Source: an uncultured delta proteobacterium
Lineage (GTDB): Bacteria; Desulfobacterota; Binatia; UBA9968
DNA: 64,000 bases
Reading direction: 5' to 3'
NCBI GenBank assembly: GCA_963745035.1
Contig: CAVUVW010000014.1
Location: forward strand, 416,001 to 480,000
Part shown: positions 53,676 to 63,949 of the stretch, piece by piece
Position numbering within the stretch: position 1 is the stretch's first letter
How the letters are laid out: the number at the start of each line of letters is the position of its first letter
The notes under the pieces: generated by a model
Database searches by the model: none
The model's input: the letters and a program-made list of their open reading frames with translations, nothing else
Told to the model about the DNA's origin: nothing
Program-made: the position numbers and the translations under genes

Positions 53676-54860
53676 ATGTCGGGTCGCCCGTTTCTTCAGA
53701 TCCCTGGCCCGAGCATCGTGCCGGAGCGCGTTGTTCGGGCGATGTCCCAGCCGCTGATTGACCACCGCGGACCGCAATTTGCCGTGCTTCTCGGCGATGT
53801 GCTCGAAGGCCTCAAAAAGCTCTTCAAAACCGCTCAGGGCCAAATCCTCCTCTTCCCTGGCTCGGGCACCGGAGGTTGGGAGGCCTGCATCGTCAATACG
53901 CTTTCTCCCGGCGACCAAGTGCTGGGTTGTGTGAACGGCCACTTCAGCGATCTCTATTGCCGCACTGCCGCATCCCACGGCGTGAATGTTCAGAGGTTGG
54001 AAGTCGAATACGGCGCCGGTGTCCCGGCTGGCGCGATCGAGGAGCGTCTGCGTCTGGATAAAGAGCGCCAAATCAAGGCGGTGCTGATCGTTCAAACTGA
54101 AACATCGACGGGAGTTACGAGCAGCGTTGCAGCGGTTCGCCAGGCCATCGATGCGGCGGCCCACCCCGCCCTGCTGCTGGCCGACGTGGTTAGCTCGCTC
54201 GGATGCACGGAGTTGCGCTTCGATGAATGGCGACTTGACGTCGCCCTCACCGCGACGCAAAAAGGGCTCATGCTGCCGCCGGGCATGGCGCTTCTCGCCG
54301 TCAGCGAGAAAGCGCTTGTGGCGAACCGATCGGCCAAATGCGCGCGCTCGTTTTGGGACTGGCGAGCGGTTCTGGAAAGCAACACCAACGGCCACTTTCC
54401 ATACACCCCGGCAACCTCCTTGCTCCTCGGCTTAAGCGAAAGTCTCAAAATGCTCTTCGAAGAGGGGCTTGAAAACGTTTTCCGCCGCCACGCGCGGCTG
54501 GCCGAAGCCTGCCGCAGAGCCATCGAAGCGACGGGTCTTAAACTCTTCGCGCAAAATGCCGCGGAATATTCCAATACGTTGACCGCCGTCGCGATGCCTC
54601 AGGGGCTCGACTCCGATGCGTTCATCGATCACACGCTCAAACTCGTCGATCTTCCCCTCGGCAAGGGGCTCGGCAAAGTAAAGGGAAAACTTTTTCGCAT
54701 CGGCCATCTCGGCAGCCTCAATGAGCTTGAACTTTTGGGCATCCTGGCTGGCATTGAAATGGCGCTGAAGAGCTTCGGCGTGAAAATTCCGCTTGGGGCC
54801 GGACTCGCGGCAGCGGAGACCTACCTTCTGGAAAACGCAGTAAGACGATCGCCGTTATGA
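53676..54860 (+). CDS. Class V aminotransferase (serine/alanine--glyoxylate type)
   Basis: 'QIPGP', 'SGTGGWE', 'ETSTGV', 'QKGLMLPPG', 'FRIGHLG'. Confidence 0.9.
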   Translation: MSGRPFLQIPGPSIVPERVVRAMSQPLIDHRGPQFAVLLGDVLEGLKKLFKTAQGQILLFPGSGTGGWEACIVNTLSPGDQVLGCVNGHFSDLYCRTAASHGVNVQRLEVEYGAGVPAGAIEERLRLDKERQIKAVLIVQTETSTGVTSSVAAVRQAIDAAAHPALLLADVVSSLGCTELRFDEWRLDVALTATQKGLMLPPGMALLAVSEKALVANRSAKCARSFWDWRAVLESNTNGHFPYTPATSLLLGLSESLKMLFEEGLENVFRRHARLAEACRRAIEATGLKLFAQNAAEYSNTLTAVAMPQGLDSDAFIDHTLKLVDLPLGKGLGKVKGKLFRIGHLGSLNELELLGILAGIEMALKSFGVKIPLGAGLAAAETYLLENAVRRSPL

Positions 54861-55675
54861 AGATCGATCCTGACAAGTGCGTTGCCTGCGGCAATTGCTT
54901 GCCGGTCTGCCCGATGGGCGCGATCTACATTGATCCGGCGCTGAGCCGCGCGCGCATCAACGCCGACGAGTGCGTCGAATGCTTTACTTGTTACCGCGGC
55001 ATGTCGAAGGAGCACCTGAACCCCGTGTTTGTGCGCGCGATCCGCAGGACGGCGCAACTTTTCCGTTTTCGCTTCGACCCGGAGCCGGACATCTGCCCGA
55101 CGGATGCAATCATCCCGGAGGAGTTGACCTGGCCAAGAGTCGTTCGGCGCGCCTTCTCCGATCCTCAGGTGCCGCACGAGTCCACCGGCATCCACGGGCG
55201 CGGCACCGCCGAGGTCAAGACCAACGACGTAACCAATCGGGTGAAAGCGGGTGACGCGGGATTTGTCATCGAATTCGGCCGGCCGGGAGTCGGCGCTCGT
55301 TTTCGCGACATCGAGCGAGTAACCCGCGCGCTCGCCGAGTTGGGCGTTGAATTCGAAAGCAATAATCCCGTTACCACGCTCATGACCGACCCGGCGCGCG
55401 GCGTCATCCGGCCGGAGATCCTCAACGAGAAGATTCTTTCGGCAATCGTGGAGATCAAAACGCACTTGGGCGACGTGCCTTCGGTCTTGAGAAAGGTCAA
55501 GGAGCTGTCCCGCGAAGTAGATACGGTGATCAGCGTCGGCGTCTCGACGCGCTGCGGCGCCGGAGGCGAAGAACCCTTGCGCGAGATTTTGGAACGCGAG
55601 GGTTATCCCACTTATCGGGGAAAAACCAATCTGGGACTGGGGCGAGTTACGACTCAAAGCCAAAACGCAGAATGA
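54857..55675 (+). CDS. 4Fe-4S dicluster-domain protein of unknown function
   Basis: 'CVACGNCLPVCP', 'CVECFTC...CPTDAI'; C-terminal domain 'GRGTAEVKTNDVT', 'GRPGVG'. Confidence 0.8.
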   Translation: MKIDPDKCVACGNCLPVCPMGAIYIDPALSRARINADECVECFTCYRGMSKEHLNPVFVRAIRRTAQLFRFRFDPEPDICPTDAIIPEELTWPRVVRRAFSDPQVPHESTGIHGRGTAEVKTNDVTNRVKAGDAGFVIEFGRPGVGARFRDIERVTRALAELGVEFESNNPVTTLMTDPARGVIRPEILNEKILSAIVEIKTHLGDVPSVLRKVKELSREVDTVISVGVSTRCGAGGEEPLREILEREGYPTYRGKTNLGLGRVTTQSQNAE

Positions 55676-55733
55676 AAACTGAAACATGCAAAATCAAATT
55701 GCGATCTGCACTTTTCTCTTTTGATGATTTGAA

Positions 55734-56438
55734 ATGACCAACACGCTGCATCGCTACAGCGAGCACTATGCGCTTGAGAGGCCGGCGAACCCCGCGCCGG
55801 TTGGCAACGACTTCATCGTCTTCGCCATGGCCAGCCGGGGCATCAACGACGACGGTTTGGTTGAAAAGTATCGCGCTTTCCTGCGCCTCGCATTGAAGCA
55901 TCATCCGGTGAACATCGGCGACGCTACCAAAGGCGGCATGCTCCGGCCAAGACAAGATCTGAATCCGAAAGCCCACTGGAGGCGCGATCATCAATCCAAC
56001 CCCGAAGCAGTGATCGCGGGTATCGAGGGCCACACGACGGCGGCAGCGGTCTTTGACAACTATCAGAACATGAAGGCTTTCGTCGACGACCTCCAGCGCG
56101 CTAACTTAGGCATCTCGGTGAACATCAGCGCGCCCATTGAAGATGCGGCCCGCTGTTGCCGTGACACCGGGATTACCCGTCATAGCGTGGAATACTCTCT
56201 GGGCTTTTGCGGGCGAGTGGACCGCTTGCCGGACGCCACCGTTCTTGAGCTCACGACCATGTGCGGTCACGGTATGGTATCGGCCAATTTCGCCAAAAAG
56301 ATGATCGATTGGGTCAAGGAAAATCGCCGCGGCCCGGCTGAAGTCGCGCGCACGATGGCGCGATTCTGTAGCTGCGGGGTGTTCAACATCAGCCGGGCTG
56401 AAAGCATTCTCAACGAGGCGCGGACAAAGAACCGCTAA
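55734..56438 (+). CDS. Hypothetical protein with Cys/His motifs
   Basis: 'MTNTLHR', 'TTMCGHGMVS', 'FCSCGVFN'. Confidence 0.7.
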   Translation: MTNTLHRYSEHYALERPANPAPVGNDFIVFAMASRGINDDGLVEKYRAFLRLALKHHPVNIGDATKGGMLRPRQDLNPKAHWRRDHQSNPEAVIAGIEGHTTAAAVFDNYQNMKAFVDDLQRANLGISVNISAPIEDAARCCRDTGITRHSVEYSLGFCGRVDRLPDATVLELTTMCGHGMVSANFAKKMIDWVKENRRGPAEVARTMARFCSCGVFNISRAESILNEARTKNR

Positions 56439-56491
56439 GACACAGAAACTCCAGTCGTAGTGCCGGTGCACGGCAGGAAAGGAGAAATGAG

Positions 56492-57469
56492 ATGAAGCGG
56501 ATCGGGATCACTATTCTTGTGATGACCTTGTTCAGCATATGGGGGCAAGCTCTGCTCGCGCAGTCAAGTACCCTGCGTCTAGGTCACGTCGGCTTTCCCG
56601 GCTCGCTCTTCGCCATCACGGCGGATGAGTATGCCCAGCGAGTCAACACTGCGCTCAAAGGTAAATTGGAGGTCAACGTCTTTCATTCGAGCCAGCTCGG
56701 CAGCGACGAGCAGATGATGCGCGGCATCAAGGTTGGCGCCCCCGAGATGGTGGCGCCGTCAACAGTCATGAGCACCGTGGAAGCAAAATTCGGCGTCTTT
56801 GAGATGCCTTACCTCATTGTCAGCCGCGCCCACATGAAGAAGGTGGCTGAGAACAAACAGGTGCAGGATCAGCTCTTCGGCGGCCTGCCGGCAAAAGGAA
56901 TCAGGGTTCTGGGAGTCTGGGAAAACGGCTTTCGCCATATCACAAGCAATGTGCGGCCGATCGTAAAGCCGGAGGATTTGAAAGGGATCAAGTTGAGAGT
57001 GCCCGGCGGAGTCTGGCGGGTGAAGATGTTCAAGGACTACGGGGCGAATCCGTCGCCCATGCCTCTGGCGGAAGTCTATTCGGCGCTGCAGTCCGGCGTC
57101 ATGGACGCGCAGGAAAATCCCTTCCCGCAAATTGCCTCAGCGAAATTTTACGAGGTGCAGAAATTTCTTTCGTTGAGCGGCCATGTCTATACGCCCGCTT
57201 ATCTGGTGATCGGCGAAGAGGCGTGGGCAAAGCTGCCTAAAGACGTCCAGGGCACGCTCTCCAAGATCGCCTGGGACATGGGGGACTTTGCCCGCTCCGA
57301 GGGCGAACGGCTGGATAAGGAACTGATGAAAAAACTTTCGCCGCCGATGAAGGTCAACGAAGTCGACAAAGAAGCTTTCATCAAGGGCTCGGCGTCGATC
57401 TACGAAGAATTCGGCAAGGAAGTCGCCGGGGGGAGAGATCTCATCAAGGTAGTTCAGTCGCTGCGCTGA
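56492..57469 (+). CDS. dctP: TRAP substrate-binding protein DctP
   Basis: 'ENGFRH', 'DLKGIKLR', 'EVYSALQSG..DAQENP'. Confidence 0.92.
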   Translation: MKRIGITILVMTLFSIWGQALLAQSSTLRLGHVGFPGSLFAITADEYAQRVNTALKGKLEVNVFHSSQLGSDEQMMRGIKVGAPEMVAPSTVMSTVEAKFGVFEMPYLIVSRAHMKKVAENKQVQDQLFGGLPAKGIRVLGVWENGFRHITSNVRPIVKPEDLKGIKLRVPGGVWRVKMFKDYGANPSPMPLAEVYSALQSGVMDAQENPFPQIASAKFYEVQKFLSLSGHVYTPAYLVIGEEAWAKLPKDVQGTLSKIAWDMGDFARSEGERLDKELMKKLSPPMKVNEVDKEAFIKGSASIYEEFGKEVAGGRDLIKVVQSLR

Positions 57470-57555
57470 GGCAGGAACCATCTTGAGTCTTGGGCTTCTA
57501 GAGGCTGGCATCGAAACCCTCGACACAAGACGCGAGACTCTAAACCGAAGAAACC

Positions 57556-58071
57556 ATGCAGCGAATCTTCGATCGAGTGATCAGAGTTATCGAGTGGTGG
57601 TCGATGCTGCTGCTCATCCTGATGGTCGTACTGGTTTTCCTGGGGGTTTTGTTCCGTTACGTCCTCGGCGCGTCTCTTGCCTGGTACGATGAGTTCGCTT
57701 CCTACCTGCTGGTCTGGCTGACTTTTTACGGAGCGGTGGCGGCTTCCTACCGTGGCCGCCATATCGGATTTGACCTGGTGGTAAACCGCTTCATGCCGCG
57801 CACGAGAAAGGTGGCCGAGGTTGTCGCCGAGCTCCTGGTTTTGGGATTCCAGGTTGTGCTTTTCTACTATGGATGGGTACTCACGCAGAGGATGGGCGAC
57901 GAGACGGCGGTTTCGCTGCCCTGGGTCAAAATGGGCTGGGTGTACAGCGTGCTGCCAATTGCCGGCGGGCTCATGCTCGTGATCAGTCTTGAGCGCCTGC
58001 GTCATCTTCTGTTCGGCAACGGGACTGGGAAAGGAGCTGAAGCGGCGTGGAGTGGCTCATCCTCGGAGTAA
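57556..58071 (+). CDS. dctQ: TRAP small permease DctQ
   Basis: 'RYVLG..LAWYDE', 'HIGFD'; 4 TMs. Confidence 0.9.
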   Translation: MQRIFDRVIRVIEWWSMLLLILMVVLVFLGVLFRYVLGASLAWYDEFASYLLVWLTFYGAVAASYRGRHIGFDLVVNRFMPRTRKVAEVVAELLVLGFQVVLFYYGWVLTQRMGDETAVSLPWVKMGWVYSVLPIAGGLMLVISLERLRHLLFGNGTGKGAEAAWSGSSSE

Positions 58072-59324
58072 TCGTTCTCCTCACGGTCATCAACGTCCCG
58101 ATCGCGTTCGCCCTTTCGATCACCACCATCCTGTTTCTTCTCTGGAAGGGAACCGCCTCGCTCAGCGTGGTCCCGCTGAATCTTTTTTCCGGAGCGTCGA
58201 GTTTTCCGTTGCTCGCGATTCCGCTCTTCATCTTGGCCGGGGGTCTGATGGAGACTTCGGGCATCTCGCTGCGGCTGGTAAACCTGGCCAATAGTTTTGT
58301 CGGTTTTATCCGCGGCGGACTTGCGATGGTGACCGTGGTGGCGACGATGATTCAGAGCGAGATCTCCGGCTCGTCCGTCGCAGACGCGGCTGCGATCGGC
58401 AACGTCGTGATCCCAGCCATGGAGAAGCGGGGTTATCCGAGGGCACTGAGCGCGGCCATTGTTTCCAACGCGGCCTCGGCGGCCATTCTCATTCCTCCCT
58501 CCATCCCCATGATCATCTACGCCTGGATGGCCGAGGTCTCGGTGGCGAAGCTCTTTTTCGCCGGCTTTCTCCCCGGCTTTATCGCTTGCGTGAGCATGAT
58601 GGGGCTCAGCTACTATTACGCGCGCAAGCTAAATTTACCCGTGGAGCAGAAATTCTCGTTGAACGAGGTCGGAAAATCCTCCGTCCGAGCCTTCTGGGCG
58701 CTCTTCATTCCGATTGTGATCTGGGGCGGGATCTTTCTCGGCATCGCCACTGCCACCGAGGTCGCAGCGCTGGCCGTAATCGCAGCATTGATTATTGGCG
58801 CCTTTATCTACCGTGAGCTGCCCGCGCGCGAGATTACCCGCGTTCTACATGATTCGACGGGCCAGACCGCCGTGGTCATGGCGATCGTGGCCTCCTCTGC
58901 CGTGCTCGGGTGGTTTCTGACGAGTGAACAGATTCCCCAGAAGTTCGCTCGGATGATCCTGGAGACGACATCGAACAAATACTTGATCCTGCTCTTTTTG
59001 AATATCTTTTTTTTCATTGCCGGAATGTTTCTCCACTCGGCGGCGGCGATTATCCTGATCGTTCCCATCGTCATGCCGCTGATCCGCCAGATCGGCGTGG
59101 ACCCGATCCACTTCGGCATCATCGTAACGATCAACCTCGGCGTCGGCCAGCAAACCCCACCCGTGGCCACCGTGCTTTTCACCGTCGCCACTATCGCGCG
59201 TTTGCCCTTCTGGGAAGTCTTCAAAGCGGGGTGGCCATTCACGGCCGTTCTCGCTTTGGTTACTCTGCTAGTCACCTATGTTCCGTGGATCAGCCTCGGT
59301 TTGGTCAATCTGATTAACTGGTAG
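58047..59324 (+). CDS. dctM: TRAP large permease DctM
   Basis: 'LLAIPLFILAG', 'ISGSSVAD', 'IPPSIP', 'DPIHFG...TPPV'. Confidence 0.93.
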   Translation: MEWLILGVIVLLTVINVPIAFALSITTILFLLWKGTASLSVVPLNLFSGASSFPLLAIPLFILAGGLMETSGISLRLVNLANSFVGFIRGGLAMVTVVATMIQSEISGSSVADAAAIGNVVIPAMEKRGYPRALSAAIVSNAASAAILIPPSIPMIIYAWMAEVSVAKLFFAGFLPGFIACVSMMGLSYYYARKLNLPVEQKFSLNEVGKSSVRAFWALFIPIVIWGGIFLGIATATEVAALAVIAALIIGAFIYRELPAREITRVLHDSTGQTAVVMAIVASSAVLGWFLTSEQIPQKFARMILETTSNKYLILLFLNIFFFIAGMFLHSAAAIILIVPIVMPLIRQIGVDPIHFGIIVTINLGVGQQTPPVATVLFTVATIARLPFWEVFKAGWPFTAVLALVTLLVTYVPWISLGLVNLINW

Positions 59325-59622
59325 CCTGCCATTTTGGATCATAGAATTCAATTTCCCTTTTTGCCTGACTACTCGATCTTCGCCCTGACCCCTGCTGCGC
59401 CGTCGTCGCCAATACTGAGACTCACGGTGACTGGGTTTGCCATCCCTTTGAAGTTGGCACGTTCGAGTTTCAATCTCGAACTCGAAAACGCCGGCGCGCA
59501 AAGACCGGATCGATGCGATTATTTTACGCCGTTGATCGTCCCAAGAAATGAGACTCGCTGTTTTTGCTCATCTTGAAGGACCCCGTCGATCCTCCATCTT
59601 CTATCTTCGTCCAAAATGTAGC

Positions 59623-60963
59623 TCAGCTCTCCGCCATCTTCGCCGCCAGCCAGCGCGCCGTCCGCAACAGGCGCGCATCGCCGTGACGCGGGCCGACGAG
59701 CTGCACACCGATCGGCAAACCGTTAACACTTTGCAACAGCGGCAAACTGATCGCGGGCATGCCGCACAAGGTCCAGAGCGTGCAGAAAACCGGATCGCCG
59801 GTGCTCGCCAGTCCTTTGGGCGCGGCGCTGGGCGCGGACGGCGTGAGAATCGCGTCGTAGCGCTGCTCGAAGAGCTCGAGGAAACTCGCATGGAGCGGCG
59901 CAATTTGGCTGAGCGCGCCCAGGTAATCCGACGCGCGCACTTCGCGGCCGCGCTCGATCTGCGCGCGCAATTGCTCGGAGAGAAGATCGCGGCCGTTCGT
60001 CCATTCACGCTCGAGGTTGTGCGCCATTTCCGCGCCCATGATGGTCTGGTGCCACTGCCATGCGTCCGCCGCCGAGGGAAACAGCTCGACTTCCTCGACC
60101 TGGCTACCGAGATGTTCGATGATTTCGGCAAATCCCTCTTTGGTCTCTTCGTCGGCGCGCTCCCAATCGGCGTTTTGATAAACGCAAACATCGGCGGCAA
60201 CGGCGGCTCTTCGGCGGCGATTTGACCGAATGGAATGTGCGCGCGCGGGCTCGTATCGGGATCCTGCTCATCGTAGCCGACGATTTGTTCGGCAAGCAAT
60301 GCAATATCGTCCACCGAATTGGCAAACAATCCGACATGGTCGAGCGTGCGCGACAAGCATCAGCGCGCGGTGGCGCGAGATCAGCCCGTGCGTCGGTTTG
60401 AAACCGACGACGCCACAATACGCAGCCGGGCGAATCGTGGAACCGTTGGTCTGGCTGCCAATCGCGAGCGGCACCATGTTCGCTCCGACGGCCGCCGCCG
60501 AACCGCTCGAAGAACCGCCCGGCGTATGCTCGGGATTGTGCGGATTACGCGTTTTACCCGGTGAAAAATAGGCAAACTCCGTGGTCACGGTTTTCCCCAT
60601 GATGACCGCGCCCGCTGCGCGCAGCATCGCGACCACGCTGGCGTCGCGCGACGGCGTGCGCCCGGCGTAAATCGCCGAACCATATTCAGTCGGCATGTCG
60701 GCGGTATCAAAAATATCCTTGATGGCAACCGGCACGCCATGGAGCGGGCCGATCGGCGCACCGCTCAAGCGTCGCTGGTCCGCCGCGCGCGCTTGCTGAA
60801 GAGCATAATCAGGATCGAGAAATGTCCAGGCTTGAACTCTCCCGTCCACCTCGGCAATCCGCGCCAGACACGCGTCAACGAACTGCTCCGAGCTGATCAC
60901 GCCGTCGCGGATCAAACGGACCGCTTCGGTCGCGGAAACAGAGTAAAGATTTGTCAGATCCAT
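59623..60963 (-). CDS. Amidase signature family protein (frameshifted)
   Basis: 'GPLHGVPVAIKD', 'TPGGSSSGSAAAV', 'GSQTNGSTIRPA', 'GLPIGVQL'. Confidence 0.9.
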
Positions 60964-61006
60964 GATCTACGTTCCTAACAAAAATTTTTCGGTATCATCT
61001 TCCCGG

Positions 61007-61133
61007 GTGCCGCGAGGAGAAGCTAGCAGCCCAAGGCCCCGAAGGAGAAGGGCACCGGAAACGTACGCGGTCAGTACGTTGAGGATGCCCGACGACTGAG
61101 AACGCAGGGATGCGACGCTTATCGTCGCGGCAC
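61007..61133. repeat. MITE/REP-like structured intergenic element
   Basis: Terminal inverted repeat gtgccgcga/tcgcggcac; inner hairpin aacgtac-gcggtca-gtacgtt. Confidence 0.5.
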
Positions 61134-63199
61134 TAATTCCCGTAGAGGAACTCCGGCAGCCACAACGTCATACCCGGCCAGACGTACATAAAGACCAGAC
61201 AGATGCACACGATAATCATATACGGCATCATGCCGGCGAAAATTTGATTGAGAGTGACATGGGGCGGCGCCACGCCCTTCAAGTAGAATGCCGACATCGC
61301 CACCGGCGGCGAAAGAAATGCCGCCTGGAGATTCACCGCTACCATGATGCCGAACAGGATCGGGTCCACCTGGAAGTGGCTCAATAGTGGAATGAAGATC
61401 GGACAGAAGATCACGATGATCTCGGTCCATTCGAGGGGCCAACCCAGCAAGAATATAATTAGCTGAGAAACGAAGAGAAATCCCAGCGGCGAGAGATTCA
61501 TGCTGAGTACCCAGCGCTCGATCAGTCCCTGGCCCCCGTGCAGCGCAAAGACGCTGGAAAACAGCGCCGAGCCGACGAAAAGCCAGCACACCATCGCCGT
61601 CGTTTTCGCCGTCAGGAATACCGATTCCTTGAGATTCTGTCGCAGCTCGGGCGACTTCGGCAAGGCCCACAGGAAAGGCACCGCGGTTCCCACAAATACA
61701 CCGCCGAGAGTTCCCGACACGAGCAAGGTCACGAAACCGCCGCGAGACCAGCCGAGTGCCACGCCGACGATCACCCCAACAAGGCTCGACCACCAGACAA
61801 GACCCGGGTATTTCATCATGACCGCCAAATACAAAGCCCCGAGCGCCCCGATCCCGGCCGACTCGGTGGCGGTCGTAATCCCGAACAGGATCACCGCGAG
61901 CACTACGACGGTGAGCACCCCCAGCGGCACTACAGAGACGACTAGCTCCTTCAGGATCTCAAGCTGCTCGCCGTCCATACGCCGGTAATAGAAGGCAAGC
62001 GGGATCGCACTCAGCACAGCTAATCCCCAGAACCAAACGTAGAAGTGTTCCGGGATTTTCCCGGCCGCCGCTGCGCCCCTCGGCTCGGGCAGCGAGCCCA
62101 TTTGCTCGGCCGGTGCGTCGGCAGGCTGAGACGGCTCCGTGGACTCACCAGTCGTCTCCGCGGCGCCGAGTTCCTGTGGTTTCTCTTCCGCCGACCCAAG
62201 CTCCTGCGCCGTTTCCGACTGAGCGGTGGCTGGCCCCGTTGTCGGCGGCGGGACAGCCGCGGCCTGAGGTGTCACGGCGACCGCGCCCGCCACTGCCGGC
62301 GCGTTGTAGATCGTGACATACCACCAGGCGGCACCGAACGTGCCAACCATCAGGGTCACCGGTACCATGAGCACGAGAAAATTCTTGACAATCCAACCGT
62401 AACCCAACGGTTTGCCGTCAGCCCCGCGCGCGCCCTGAAGCAGACCCGGGCGGAACAAGGCCGCGACGAGAACTCCGAACACCCGCTTCGATGACCCGCG
62501 TTCGAGCCGCCGCAGCCACTCCGGCGCCTCAATGCGATATTGATCCGGCGCCAGCTTGGGCGCGATCTTCGGGTTGAGGATTGCCCAGCCAAGGATGTAG
62601 ACGAGGTAAAGGAACGTGAGGAAAAAGCCTGGCAGCATTGCCGCCGCGTACAGTTTCACGATCGACTGTCCGGCTACGGCGGCATAGACAATGAGCATCA
62701 CCGAAGGCGGGATCAATATGCCGAGGGTGCCGCCTGCGGCAATCGCGCCGGAGGCGAGCCGCACGTCGTATCCGGCATTCAGCATCGGACGCAACGCAAT
62801 CACGCCCATCAGCACCACCACGGCGCCGACAATACCGGATGCGATCCCCCAGAACGCGCAGACTAGAAGCGTCGTCACGGCAAGCGACGCGGGCACCCGC
62901 CGAAACGCAAGCTGGACGCTATGGAACATCCGGTCGACCAGCGCCGCTCGTTCCATGATGTAACCCATGAAGACAAACAGCGGCACCGACAGCAGCGTGT
63001 CATTGACCATAACGCCGTAAGTCCGCTGGACCATTAGATCGAAAACCCGGTTATCGTACCAGTGTTGACCTGGAAGCCAGAAAGCCAAGAATCCAAACAC
63101 CATTCCCAGTCCCATGAGCGTAAACGCGGTCGGGAAACCCATCATGATCGCGATCACGATAAGCCCGAGCATGGTCAGGCCGAGGATCGGATCGCTCAT
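61133..63199 (-). CDS. dctM: TRAP large permease DctM with large internal insertion
   Basis: 'LSVPLFVFMG', 'GTLGILIPPSVM', 'ATESAGIG', 'LSPPVAMSAFYLKG'; 688 aa. Confidence 0.9.
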   Translation of the reverse strand: MSDPILGLTMLGLIVIAIMMGFPTAFTLMGLGMVFGFLAFWLPGQHWYDNRVFDLMVQRTYGVMVNDTLLSVPLFVFMGYIMERAALVDRMFHSVQLAFRRVPASLAVTTLLVCAFWGIASGIVGAVVVLMGVIALRPMLNAGYDVRLASGAIAAGGTLGILIPPSVMLIVYAAVAGQSIVKLYAAAMLPGFFLTFLYLVYILGWAILNPKIAPKLAPDQYRIEAPEWLRRLERGSSKRVFGVLVAALFRPGLLQGARGADGKPLGYGWIVKNFLVLMVPVTLMVGTFGAAWWYVTIYNAPAVAGAVAVTPQAAAVPPPTTGPATAQSETAQELGSAEEKPQELGAAETTGESTEPSQPADAPAEQMGSLPEPRGAAAAGKIPEHFYVWFWGLAVLSAIPLAFYYRRMDGEQLEILKELVVSVVPLGVLTVVVLAVILFGITTATESAGIGALGALYLAVMMKYPGLVWWSSLVGVIVGVALGWSRGGFVTLLVSGTLGGVFVGTAVPFLWALPKSPELRQNLKESVFLTAKTTAMVCWLFVGSALFSSVFALHGGQGLIERWVLSMNLSPLGFLFVSQLIIFLLGWPLEWTEIIVIFCPIFIPLLSHFQVDPILFGIMVAVNLQAAFLSPPVAMSAFYLKGVAPPHVTLNQIFAGMMPYMIIVCICLVFMYVWPGMTLWLPEFLYGN

Positions 63200-63873
63200 G
63201 ATTTTTTCTCTCCCTCGGTGTCCGTGGAGCTGCGATGACGCGCCGCTTCGTCAATGGCGTGGGCCGACCCCATGGCGGTACGGCGCGACTCTTCATCGAT
63301 GAACTCGCTATGGGAGAGTTGGGTTTCGATGACGTCGATTTCCTCGACGTCCTCGAGCCGCGCGGGCCAGGTGCCGGTGCGCAGACACTGGATGCAGCGT
63401 AAGATCTCGGCTACCCCCTGGAGCATCACGAGCGCTCCCGCGATGGGAATCACCGATTTGAAGTGATAAATGGGCGGCCCCTCCGCGGTCACCGTCGAGT
63501 GCTCCCCGATGAGCCACGATTCCTTGGCATAACCGTAACCGGCGTAGCTGAGCGCGAGGATTCCTGGAATGAAAAAAAGAAAATAGAGCGCCAGGTCGAG
63601 AGTCGCTTGCCGGCGCGGCGAGAGCCGCCCGTAGACGAAGTCGGCGCGCACATGCCCGCCGAGCGCGAGCGTGTATGCGCCGCACATCATGAACAGCGTA
63701 CCGTAAAGCATGTTGTTTAAATCGAAAATCCAGGCCGTCGGGGCGTTCAGGATGTAGCGCTTGAAGACCTCCACGGAAATCACGAGAGTAGCTGCGACGA
63801 TCAGCCAGGCAAAAGCTTTGCCCGACCAGTAACTGATCTGATCGATGGCATGGAGCAGGCGCTCGGCGTTCAT
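63196..63873 (-). CDS. dctQ: TRAP small permease DctQ
   Basis: 'EVFKRYILNAPTAW', 'GHVRADF'. Confidence 0.88.
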   Translation of the reverse strand: MNAERLLHAIDQISYWSGKAFAWLIVAATLVISVEVFKRYILNAPTAWIFDLNNMLYGTLFMMCGAYTLALGGHVRADFVYGRLSPRRQATLDLALYFLFFIPGILALSYAGYGYAKESWLIGEHSTVTAEGPPIYHFKSVIPIAGALVMLQGVAEILRCIQCLRTGTWPARLEDVEEIDVIETQLSHSEFIDEESRRTAMGSAHAIDEAARHRSSTDTEGEKKS

Positions 63874-63949
63874 CGGTGTGCAAAACCAGCCAGCCACCTA
63901 CCTCGGGGGCAGATGGCTGGCAGGATGAATGGGATCTGTCGCGGAGTGG

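Noticed and set aside
53676-54860. Serine-cycle methylotrophy gene sgaA
   Set aside because: Family-level similarity only; no hpr, mtk, mcl or other serine-cycle genes nearby
59334-59600. Short ORFs between dctM and the amidase gene
   Set aside because: No RBS or recognisable motifs; the region contains short-period repeats typical of intergenic DNA here
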